This document shows positions 1 through 7,539 of a stretch of DNA of 24,313 bases, in pieces. A model generated the notes under the pieces. That model saw only the letters and a list, made by a program, of their open reading frames with translations, was not told where the DNA came from and searched no databases. This DNA is from a virus (Duplodnaviria > Caudoviricetes): IMG/VR virus record IMGVR_UViG_3300020355_000012, positions 1-24,313 of that record; one strand, 5' to 3'. Every line of letters begins with the position of its first letter. Within the stretch, counting starts at the first letter, position 1. Both the position numbers and the translations under genes were made by a program.

Positions 1-174
1 ACGGAGTGGGTGGATTATGAATATTTTAATGAACCTAAAGAAAAACCTTATGACAGTTGGACTTGGAACACATCCACAGGTAAATTTGATCCACCAATAG
101 AAATGCCTGATGATGATTGGAACTATTATTGGGACGAGAGTAAGCAAGAATGGATAAAATTAAATCCTAAATAA
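1..174 (+). CDS. 3' part of a small Trp/Pro/acidic tail-fibre-associated phage protein (5' end outside the window)
   Basis: Frame 1 is open from base 1 to TAA at 172-174: TEWVDYEYFNEPKEKPYDSWTWNTSTGKFDPPIEMPDDDWNYYWDESKQEWIKLNPK. The KPYxSWxWN...PPxxxP...YxWDE...W pattern is one I recall from small proteins next to fibre genes in aquatic phages. Not in the supplied ORF track. Confidence 0.75.
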   Translation, partial: TEWVDYEYFNEPKEKPYDSWTWNTSTGKFDPPIEMPDDDWNYYWDESKQEWIKLNPK

Positions 175-175
175 A

Positions 176-1453
176 ATGGCAACGACAAAAATTATACCTA
201 ACGTACTTGAGCTTAATCCTGGAGATCCAGAAAATGTTTTAAAAGCAACTAATGCTGTTACTGTTTCAAACGCATCAGGATCAAACAAGTATTACTTTGA
301 CGGAGTATATCAAGGTAAGTTTGGTCTTAGAATTGGCACAACCGTTTTAACAGGCGTGCCTAGCGCTCACCCTATTGCTATTTTAAATGACGGACTTACA
401 GGTATTACATACACAGGAACTGTTAATGAAGGAACTGCAAACGTTCCGGATCCAGGTGGACCTTTATATACTTTTTACTCAGGAGATGTAACTATAACAG
501 TGACTGCTGATTTTGGTGTAGCTAGTTATTATTGTAAAATTCACGGCTACATGGGAGGGCTAGATAATTTAGTTTCTGTGTATTCAGATGCAGGTCTTAA
601 AATGCCTAAAGGCACAGCTTTTCCGGGCGGAGAAACGGCATTTGAGGGAATGATGCGAAATGATACTTCTCAAAGTTCAGACGGTTCTGCATCTACTATG
701 CAACATTATAATGGAACCAATTGGAAAAACTTTGTAAACAAAGAAATAATAACCCCCGTGACCGACTCAATATTTTATCATTTATCAATGGTTGACTCGG
801 CATCAAGAACAAACATATCAGATGGTTCAAACTCTGGTGGACAAACATGGGTAGACATAAGTGGTAATGGTTATGACTGGACTATTGCTTCTTCATTTAG
901 TGCAAGTCTTTCAGACAATTACATGACACTTGCGTCAACTAATGAAGTCAAGTCTAGTTCTTCATCGCTAAATCCAGGCTCAGATATTAGCCTTGAGATT
1001 TGGTATTGGATGGATTCAAGTAGACAAAATCAATATGTTCAAGGGGTTGCAAATACAGGCTCACTAGGCAGCAGTGGATTTATTAGCTATTTAAACACCT
1101 ATCCCACAGAATATCAAAATTTATCTGTTTATAATTCAGGCTCAACTAGTTTAAGTATTCTTTATGATATGCCGGACAGCACTTGGCAACAACACATGGT
1201 TACCTATGACAACTCTACTGGTAATGCAAAGTTTTATATAAACGGTAGCACGATAGGAAATACAGGCAGCACAGCTAGCAAGTTAGCTGCTTCAGCCGGC
1301 ACACACTCTATTGGTTATCTTGCACAATACGGCTTTAGTAGTAGTAATTTTGTTGGTAGGTTAGGCATAATAAGAGTTTACTCAAAAAAGTTATCAGACG
1401 CTGAAGTATTACAAAATTATAATGCAAACAAAGCAGATTATGGATTAAGTTAA
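176..1453 (+). CDS. Tail fibre/adhesin-like virion protein with a cupredoxin-like domain and a C-terminal LamG/concanavalin A-like domain
   Basis: 425 aa, Ser/Gly/Thr-rich. N-terminus MATTKI is shared with the next gene. Contains H65...C120-x2-H123-x2-M126, a fibre-type module (LKMPKGT...EGMMRND...YNGTNW), and LamG hallmarks (TWVDISGNG, SLEIW, WQQHMVTYD, KFYING, IIRVYSKKLSDAEVLQNYNA). Confidence 0.8.
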   Translation: MATTKIIPNVLELNPGDPENVLKATNAVTVSNASGSNKYYFDGVYQGKFGLRIGTTVLTGVPSAHPIAILNDGLTGITYTGTVNEGTANVPDPGGPLYTFYSGDVTITVTADFGVASYYCKIHGYMGGLDNLVSVYSDAGLKMPKGTAFPGGETAFEGMMRNDTSQSSDGSASTMQHYNGTNWKNFVNKEIITPVTDSIFYHLSMVDSASRTNISDGSNSGGQTWVDISGNGYDWTIASSFSASLSDNYMTLASTNEVKSSSSSLNPGSDISLEIWYWMDSSRQNQYVQGVANTGSLGSSGFISYLNTYPTEYQNLSVYNSGSTSLSILYDMPDSTWQQHMVTYDNSTGNAKFYINGSTIGNTGSTASKLAASAGTHSIGYLAQYGFSSSNFVGRLGIIRVYSKKLSDAEVLQNYNANKADYGLS

Positions 1454-1457
1454 AATT

Positions 1458-4400
1458 ATGGCAACAACTAAAATTACAACACCGAAATTATTTGACTTTA
1501 GCTCTTTAAATACGGCACTACAGTTGCCTACAGGGGATACAGCATCAAGACCTTCATCTCCTTCAACAGGTGAGTGGAGATATAATAATGAAACAAAGTA
1601 TGTAGAGTATTGGGATAGTACAGAGTGGAGAGAAATAGATACTGAGTCTCTTCCTATTGCAGATGATTTTCCACAACAAAACTTTAATGTAAGCACATAT
1701 GCAGGATCAGGTGCTGCTCAAACAATAAATGCCAAATTTGATCAAGCTGCAAATCTTAATGGTTCAAACTCATCTATAGACTTTACTCCTAATAATCCTG
1801 TAATATTTCCTAATACAACAGGAGGCACGCTATCATTTTGGATTAGACCTAATTCAGTTAGCACAAATCAAGATATATTTGCTACCTCTCCAAATGGAGG
1901 GTGGAGCTCCCCTTACGGACAACTTATAAGATTGGCTAATAACGGGAAAATGCAATTATATCAATATAGTACAACCGGTGGTAATGCTTTAAGTAGCCCT
2001 TTAGAAACAAGCACACTAAGTGTTAATGTTTGGACACATGTGGCGCTTAGTTATGAGGGCAACTCCATTGGTGATGCTATACAGTTTTATATTAACGGCT
2101 CTCCTGATGGAAACACGACATTGTCAGCTGATTCTCCCTTGGGAAATAGCTCAAATAATTTACAGGTTCGAATAGGTTATAGAAATGATTCAGGTATACA
2201 AAATCCTTATGATGGGGCAATCGACCAGGTTAGAATATATCATTCTAAATTAAGCGATGCAGATGTTTTAAATTTGTATAACAATGAGACAGCAACCACT
2301 GCATCCTCACTAAACTTTCCATCAGGCAAAACTGCAATAGCTACTTATCAGTTTAACGGTAACGCCGCAGATGTAAGCGGCACATACGGAGGAACTACAA
2401 CAAATATTGGATATACAGGATTGTTATTTCAACCTGATTTTGTTTGGGTAAAAAGAAGCAGCTCATCAGAAGACAATGTTCTTTTCGACTCAGTGCGTGG
2501 TGTTCAAGAACAAATAAGAAGTAATTCATCAGGACAACAAAGCACAAAAACAAATGCATTAAGTTCTTTTGATTCTGATGGGTTTACGACAGGCGATAAT
2601 AATGCGCTTAATACAAACAATCAAACTTATGTAGCTTGGTGTTGGAAGGCTGGAGGAGCACCCACGACAGACAACGTGGCTGGAGTTGGAAATGTACCAA
2701 CTTCTGGAAGCGTGAAGGTAGACTCCGCTGATTCAACGGCTGCATTAACAGGAACAATAGCCGCTAAAAAAATATCCGCTAATACAAAAGCGGGCTTTAG
2801 TATCGTTCGATATGATGGAACAGGTACGGCTGGGACTATAGACCATTTATTAGGAGATGTGCCAAATTTAATACTTGTGAAAAGAACAGACAGCTCGGGC
2901 AACTGGATAGTGGGTTCGACAGAAATAGATTCAAACTCATGGGGAAAAATACTACAACTTGATTTGACGGACGCTGAACAAACTTATGATGGATTCAACA
3001 ATACTCCACCAACAACTTCAGTGTTTAGTCTTGGGACTAAACCTCCTGTTAATAATGGCAGTGGCGAATATATAGCTTATTGCTTTGCAAACATAAACAG
3101 TTATCAAAAAATAGGTAGTTACACAGGTAATGGTTCTGCTAATGGACCTATTATTAACACGGGATTTGAGCCAGCTTTTGTATTAGTTAAAAATGTAGAT
3201 GACAATGGTTCAAACTGGATTATAGTCGACAACAAAAGGAATACAGCTAACCCAAGAAATTTAGGGCTTTTCCCACAGGGTGATTTTCCCGAAAGTAGTT
3301 TCACAAACGGAATAAATTTTTTTACAAATGGTTTTCAGGTTGTTGATACTGATAACGATTTTAATGGAAACGGAGATACATTGCTTTATTGGGCTATTGC
3401 TGCAAATGTTGAATCAGCGCCTACATTAGCTAATAGTTTTTCAACGGATGAATGGACGGGAACTTCAGCAATTCAAAATGTTTATTCTTCTATTGCTCCA
3501 AACTTTAGTTGGACAAAAAACAAAGGCTCTAACACCGCTTATTATCTTTTTGATAGTGTTAGAACCTCAGGTTACGAAATTTATTCTAATTTAACTAACA
3601 GTCAATATTACGATCCAAACACATTAACTTCATTTAACCCTAATGGGTTTAGCTTAGGAACAGGCACAGGAGTTAATAATAGTGGTCAAAATTATATTGC
3701 TTGGAACTGGAAAGCAACAGAGCTGCCCGCTATAAACACTGATGGAACCATAACAAGCCAAGTTAGTGCTAATCAAGCGGCTGGGTTTAGTATTTTAAAA
3801 TATACAGGAGATGGTTCTACTTCTAAAACTGTGGGACACGGACTTTCTTCTGCTCCTGAATTTGTAATAGTAAAAAGGATTGATTCATCTGCTGATTGGT
3901 ATGTTTGGATTACAGCAGTAATGAGTATCACAGGAAGTACATCTGATTATATTGTATTAAATAGTGATGCTCAAAAAGTTACTGCAGCAAGTGTTACAAA
4001 TATATGGGGTGGAAATGTACCATCTGCAACAACAATAGGAGTAGGTGATAGTGGTGGTTCTAATGCAAACGGGGGCGAATATATATCGTATTGTTGGCAT
4101 TCTGTAGCTGGATATAGTAAAATTGGCTCGTATTCTGGGTCAGGAGTCTCTGGCAAAGAAGTTACTTTAGATTTTAGCCCAAGTTTTGTTTTAATAAAAA
4201 GAACTAACGCATCTGCAGGTTGGGTAATTGTTGATGACAAAAGGGGTACAGCTGAATTATATCCTAACCTTCCTAACCAAGAGGACACTACTGCCACTAA
4301 CATTGTGTTAGGAACAAATAAATTTACTTTAAACACTACCGGTTCTTGGTATAATGCTTCAGGCGGTACTTATTTTTATATGGCAATTAAAATTAATTAA
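1458..4400 (+). CDS. Large tail fibre protein with a LamG domain and six beta-rich repeats
   Basis: 980 aa. N-terminal LQLPTGDTASRPSSPSTGEWRYNNETKYVEYWD module; LamG motifs (TLSFWIRP, WTHVALSY, FYING, GAIDQVRIYHSKLS); repeats of the form YxGxG...PxxxxxK...YxAxxW (FQPDFVWVK, VPNLILVK, FEPAFVLVK, APNFSWTK, APEFVIVK, FSPSFVLIK), typical of aquatic phage fibre proteins. Confidence 0.8.
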   Translation: MATTKITTPKLFDFSSLNTALQLPTGDTASRPSSPSTGEWRYNNETKYVEYWDSTEWREIDTESLPIADDFPQQNFNVSTYAGSGAAQTINAKFDQAANLNGSNSSIDFTPNNPVIFPNTTGGTLSFWIRPNSVSTNQDIFATSPNGGWSSPYGQLIRLANNGKMQLYQYSTTGGNALSSPLETSTLSVNVWTHVALSYEGNSIGDAIQFYINGSPDGNTTLSADSPLGNSSNNLQVRIGYRNDSGIQNPYDGAIDQVRIYHSKLSDADVLNLYNNETATTASSLNFPSGKTAIATYQFNGNAADVSGTYGGTTTNIGYTGLLFQPDFVWVKRSSSSEDNVLFDSVRGVQEQIRSNSSGQQSTKTNALSSFDSDGFTTGDNNALNTNNQTYVAWCWKAGGAPTTDNVAGVGNVPTSGSVKVDSADSTAALTGTIAAKKISANTKAGFSIVRYDGTGTAGTIDHLLGDVPNLILVKRTDSSGNWIVGSTEIDSNSWGKILQLDLTDAEQTYDGFNNTPPTTSVFSLGTKPPVNNGSGEYIAYCFANINSYQKIGSYTGNGSANGPIINTGFEPAFVLVKNVDDNGSNWIIVDNKRNTANPRNLGLFPQGDFPESSFTNGINFFTNGFQVVDTDNDFNGNGDTLLYWAIAANVESAPTLANSFSTDEWTGTSAIQNVYSSIAPNFSWTKNKGSNTAYYLFDSVRTSGYEIYSNLTNSQYYDPNTLTSFNPNGFSLGTGTGVNNSGQNYIAWNWKATELPAINTDGTITSQVSANQAAGFSILKYTGDGSTSKTVGHGLSSAPEFVIVKRIDSSADWYVWITAVMSITGSTSDYIVLNSDAQKVTAASVTNIWGGNVPSATTIGVGDSGGSNANGGEYISYCWHSVAGYSKIGSYSGSGVSGKEVTLDFSPSFVLIKRTNASAGWVIVDDKRGTAELYPNLPNQEDTTATNIVLGTNKFTLNTTGSWYNASGGTYFYMAIKIN

Positions 4401-4403
4401 ACT

Positions 4404-4703
4404 ATGAATACAACTATATTAATATTAATAGGGTTAGTAGTTTTACTAATCATAATAAACATAGCCGCAATATGGCTTACAAAAAAAGGTCTTACTAAAG
4501 ACGAAAACAATAATATGATTCCTGATATACTTGAAGAAAAGTTTGCTGTTTTAAAAATGGACGTATCTAAAAGAGTAGATCGTGTAGGTCAAGAACTTAA
4601 AGACGTTACCAAAGCTATAAAAGAAGTTGGCAACCAAATAGGAGATGTGCCAAGTGCTTTCAAAGGCAAAAGCAGGTCAGGAAAAAAACCGAAGAAAAAA
4701 TGA
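4404..4703 (+). CDS. Single-pass membrane protein with a coiled coil, in the lysis region (possible inner-membrane spanin-like protein)
   Basis: 99 aa. Hydrophobic N-terminus (ILILIGLVVLLIIINIAAIWL), a DENNNMIPD motif, an amphipathic helical segment and a basic C-terminus. Lies directly upstream of the holin and endolysin candidates. The function is inferred. Confidence 0.55.
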   Translation: MNTTILILIGLVVLLIIINIAAIWLTKKGLTKDENNNMIPDILEEKFAVLKMDVSKRVDRVGQELKDVTKAIKEVGNQIGDVPSAFKGKSRSGKKPKKK

Positions 4704-4774
4704 ATTATTACACTACAACGACTGCAGGAAATATTAAATTTAAATATGTGATTATAAATGATAAATGTAAATGA
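4700..4774 (+). CDS. Possible 24-aa micro-ORF (MNYYTTTTAGNIKFKYVIINDKCK)
   Basis: The ATG overlaps the upstream TGA stop (ATGA coupling), and the ORF fills the gap before the holin candidate, overlapping it by 17 nt. Very short, so it may be a chance ORF. Confidence 0.35.
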   Translation: MNYYTTTTAGNIKFKYVIINDKCK

Positions 4775-4916
4775 TTTAAAAATATATAGCATTAACTTTC
4801 TTGCACTTATGACATCTTTAACAGATTTAGATGTCATCTTAAAGATTATATTATCACTTGTAGCTATAGGCTACACTATACATAAATGGTATATTATGCA
4901 TGGAAAAAATAAGTGA
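4758..4916 (+). CDS. Putative small holin (52 aa)
   Basis: Manual translation: MINVNDLKIYSINFLALMTSLTDLDVILKIILSLVAIGYTIHKWYIMHGKNK. One to two hydrophobic segments and a basic C-terminus; overlaps the endolysin start. Below the size cut-off of the ORF track. Confidence 0.6.
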   Translation: MINVNDLKIYSINFLALMTSLTDLDVILKIILSLVAIGYTIHKWYIMHGKNK

Positions 4917-5361
4917 TCATGTTTCTTATAAAGAAGCGACTAAATCCAACACTGCTTCTAGATTAGGTATAGACAATACACCTAACTCTTATCATTTATC
5001 TAATATGGGAATCCTTGCTGATGAACTCTTTGAACCACTCAGAAAATGGGTTGGCGGTCCGATAAAGATAAATTCATTTTATAGATCACCTGATTTGAAT
5101 CAAGCAATAGGTGGTAGTTCCAGTTCTCAACATTGTCAAGGAAGAGCTGTTGATATTGATGATACTTTTGGACATAAAACAAACGCAGAGATGTTTGATT
5201 ACATAAAGAACAATTTAGATTTTGATCAAATTATATGGGAGTTTGGTGATGATAATAATCCCGACTGGGTACATATGAGCTATGTCTCTGAAAATGAAAA
5301 CAGATCACGTGCATTGAGAGCAAGTAGAGAAAATGGAAAAACTAAATATACCGTAATATGA
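4900..5361 (+). CDS. Endolysin, peptidase M15A family (Zn-dependent, Hedgehog/DD-peptidase fold)
   Basis: 153 aa with the motifs INSFYRSPDLNQAIGGSSSSQHCQGRAVDI (SxH-x6-D zinc ligands) and WVHMSY (third ligand). Flanked by membrane proteins. Confidence 0.88.
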   Translation: MEKISDHVSYKEATKSNTASRLGIDNTPNSYHLSNMGILADELFEPLRKWVGGPIKINSFYRSPDLNQAIGGSSSSQHCQGRAVDIDDTFGHKTNAEMFDYIKNNLDFDQIIWEFGDDNNPDWVHMSYVSENENRSRALRASRENGKTKYTVI

Positions 5362-5858
5362 GTAAACCTAAAAAAAAGTTTGGACAAACAACAGTTGGTA
5401 GGTTATTAAAAGCCTCTGTTGGTCTTATAAATCCTACGCTTGGTAGATTGATTCAAGGCGACATGTCGGTAGAACAAGTGGTGTCATCTATAAAAAATTC
5501 TGACGCACCTGCTGAGGATAAAATTAGAGCACAAGAGATGGTATTGGAAGCATATGAGGCTGAGGTAGCAGATAGAGCAAGTGCTAGACAAAGAGAGATG
5601 GCAGCGTTAGCGGCAGGCTCTAATGATATATTATTTAAAACTGTAGGCTGGGGGATAACACTATGTTTTATAGGTGTAGTCGCTGGAGCAATAGGGCTGT
5701 GGGAAATACCTAAAGAATCTCAAAGGCTTTTTGATATGGGATTCGGGGCAGTTGTGGCTGCTTTTACACAAGTCATTGGATATTATTTTGGATCTTCAGC
5801 CGGTAGTAAACAAAAAACTAATTTAATAAACAAAAATGGCGAGGGGACTGAATTATAG
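5358..5858 (+). CDS. Holin-like membrane protein (resembles the 3TM gene-transfer-agent-type holin family)
   Basis: 166 aa. Contains ADRASARQRE, two clear hydrophobic helices (VGWGITLCFIGVVAGAIGLW; MGFGAVVAAFTQVIGYYFG) and a YYFGSSxGSKxK ending. ATGA-coupled to the endolysin. Confidence 0.65.
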   Translation: MSKPKKKFGQTTVGRLLKASVGLINPTLGRLIQGDMSVEQVVSSIKNSDAPAEDKIRAQEMVLEAYEAEVADRASARQREMAALAAGSNDILFKTVGWGITLCFIGVVAGAIGLWEIPKESQRLFDMGFGAVVAAFTQVIGYYFGSSAGSKQKTNLINKNGEGTEL

Positions 5859-5973
5859 CACTTCTATAAAAAAAACAAAAGTTAAGCGTCCAGGTGTACA
5901 TGCCAAAACTAAAACTTCATCTTTAAAATCTTCTAAAAACTACCAGAAGCTTTACAGGGGGCAAGGGCGTTAA
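5836..5973 (+). CDS. Small, highly basic protein (45 aa) ending in YRGQGR
   Basis: Manual translation: MARGLNYSTSIKKTKVKRPGVHAKTKTSSLKSSKNYQKLYRGQGR, with no acidic residues. It fills an otherwise empty gap. I recall the YRGQG[RK] ending from other phage small proteins but have not verified this. Confidence 0.7.
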   Translation: MARGLNYSTSIKKTKVKRPGVHAKTKTSSLKSSKNYQKLYRGQGR

Positions 5974-5981
5974 ATAATTTG

Positions 5982-6012
5982 TATCTTTATATAAATTTAA
6001 TTTAATCAAATG
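5982..6012 (+). promoter_or_regulatory. Bacteroidota-type -7 promoter variant (TATCTTTA) plus conserved AT-rich leader
   Basis: TATCTTTA-TATAAATTTAATTTAATCAAATG. One mismatch to TAnnTTTG; 30/33 identical to the element at 12216-12248. Confidence 0.6.
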
Positions 6013-6234
6013 GATATTAGAAAAATATCTGTAGGATCTGATTATAAATCAGGTGCTATGCATTATATAGTGGGACAATCTATATTAAATGGCGACTACA
6101 AAATACATCTCATACAATTTGATAATTATGCAAACTCTATAAAAATATGGATACAAAAAGGTGATGAGGTGGTTTTATGGAAAGAGTTTAATGCCAACAT
6201 GCCTTTTTCTTTAGAATATAACATTAATTTTTGA
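6010..6234 (+). CDS. Hypothetical phage protein (74 aa, small beta-rich)
   Basis: Preceded by the conserved leader and coupled to the next gene by an overlapping stop/start. Sequence begins MDIRKISVGSDYKSGAMHYIVGQ. Confidence 0.75.
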   Translation: MDIRKISVGSDYKSGAMHYIVGQSILNGDYKIHLIQFDNYANSIKIWIQKGDEVVLWKEFNANMPFSLEYNINF

Positions 6235-6797
6235 TGAGATCGCCATATAATTTTATAGTTAAACCTCTTAATAATAAAAGATATAATAACACAAAAAAAA
6301 TAGGTGGCATAGATTTTGTTACTAGCACAAGCCAAGAAAATCATATAGCCTCAAATCGAGAGGCTATAGTTATAAGTTTGCCAATAATATACAATGGTCC
6401 AATAGAAATTGGAGATACTCTTTTGGTTCATCATAATGTTTTTAAATTTTATTATGATATGAAGGGTCGGCAAAAAAGTTGTAAAAGTTTTTTTAGAGAC
6501 AATTTATTTTTTGTAGATAGCGAACAGTTTTATATGTATAAACATAACAATAAATGGTATAGCCATGATCGTTATTGCTTTGTAAAACCGGTAAAAACAA
6601 AAAAATCTATTATATACAAAAACACTTCTGAAGAACCTTTAGTGGCAGAGATGATATATCCAAATACTTATTTAAAAAAACAAGGCATAAGAAAACATAC
6701 TTTAGTTAGTTTTAAACCTGACACAGAGTATCCCTTTATGGTAGACGGAGAAAAGCTTTATAGAATGTATGACCATCAAATTACTATGGCGATATGA
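6231..6797 (+). CDS. Co-chaperonin GroES-like protein, apparently two tandem domains
   Basis: 188 aa. Both halves start with FxVKP/FVKP, followed by a loop and GroES-like strands (EAIVISLP...IEIGDTLLV; EEPLVAEMIY...LVSFKPDTEYPFMVDGEKLYRM, compare the GroES ending ...EVKIDGEEYLIM). Recognised by motif only. Confidence 0.6.
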   Translation: MMRSPYNFIVKPLNNKRYNNTKKIGGIDFVTSTSQENHIASNREAIVISLPIIYNGPIEIGDTLLVHHNVFKFYYDMKGRQKSCKSFFRDNLFFVDSEQFYMYKHNNKWYSHDRYCFVKPVKTKKSIIYKNTSEEPLVAEMIYPNTYLKKQGIRKHTLVSFKPDTEYPFMVDGEKLYRMYDHQITMAI

Positions 6798-7261
6798 CAA
6801 ATATTATTATAAATAATATAATAGATGATCCTGATCAATATGTAAACAATATACTTGAGGGAGAGTTTATAGATGTTCAGGACGGCGATAATGTTTTTAA
6901 AGGAATTCAAGTTCGATCTAATGACGAGCTACAACAAAAGGTGGAAAAAGCTTTTCCTCAATATTTTGTCACTTACAATTTTGTGAGACAGTCTCCAGTT
7001 AATCAAAAGGAACCAAATTTTATACATACGGATGAAATGATGGGGGACATGACAATACTTTTATATTTAAATAAAAAATATCCAAAACAAGCTGGAACCA
7101 CACTTTATCAAGATGACAAACCTATGTGTGTTTTCCATGCTGCGTATAATAGAATGGTAATATTCGATTCTAAAATCCCACACTCTAGAAACTTATATAA
7201 AAATTTTGGTACCAAAAAAGATTCACGTCTAGTTCAAGTAATGTTTATAAAATTAAAATAA
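6794..7261 (+). CDS. 2OG-Fe(II) oxygenase superfamily protein
   Basis: 155 aa with HxD (FIHTD), ILLYLN, GTTLY, NRMVIFDS..PH (distal His) and R-L-V-Q-V-M-F (2OG-binding Arg): the complete double-stranded beta-helix signature. Confidence 0.85.
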   Translation: MTNIIINNIIDDPDQYVNNILEGEFIDVQDGDNVFKGIQVRSNDELQQKVEKAFPQYFVTYNFVRQSPVNQKEPNFIHTDEMMGDMTILLYLNKKYPKQAGTTLYQDDKPMCVFHAAYNRMVIFDSKIPHSRNLYKNFGTKKDSRLVQVMFIKLK

Positions 7262-7539
7262 TGAAATCTGAAATATTAAAACTTAAAATTGTGGAAGCCG
7301 GCAGAAAAGCTGTTGAGCAATTAATTAAAGTTGCCAAAGAAGATATTATAAAACCAGATCCAGAAGATGAACTTGCAGCTGATAGATTAAAAAATGCTGC
7401 AGCCACCAAAAAACTAGCTATATTTGATGCATTTGATATATTAAATAAGATTGATCAAGAAGAACAAGAGCTAAAAGAAGAAGATAAAAATATTAATATA
7501 AATACAAAACAAGGCTTTGCAGAAAGAAGATCAAAATAG
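7261..7539 (+). CDS. Probable terminase small subunit / helical packaging-associated protein
   Basis: 92 aa, predicted helical (ADRLKNAAATKKLAIFDAFDIL). Directly upstream of terL and overlapping it. The function is assigned from position. Confidence 0.5.
   Translation: MKSEILKLKIVEAGRKAVEQLIKVAKEDIIKPDPEDELAADRLKNAAATKKLAIFDAFDILNKIDQEEQELKEEDKNININTKQGFAERRSK

Noticed and set aside
81-88. TAAATTTG match to the -7 promoter consensus inside the first partial gene
   Set aside because: This short motif is expected by chance in AT-rich coding DNA, and there is no supporting leader or terminator context.
176-4400. Diversity-generating retroelement target in the fibre genes
   Set aside because: There is no reverse transcriptase in the window, and I saw no near-identical repeat pair differing at adenines. 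One elsewhere in the genome cannot be excluded.
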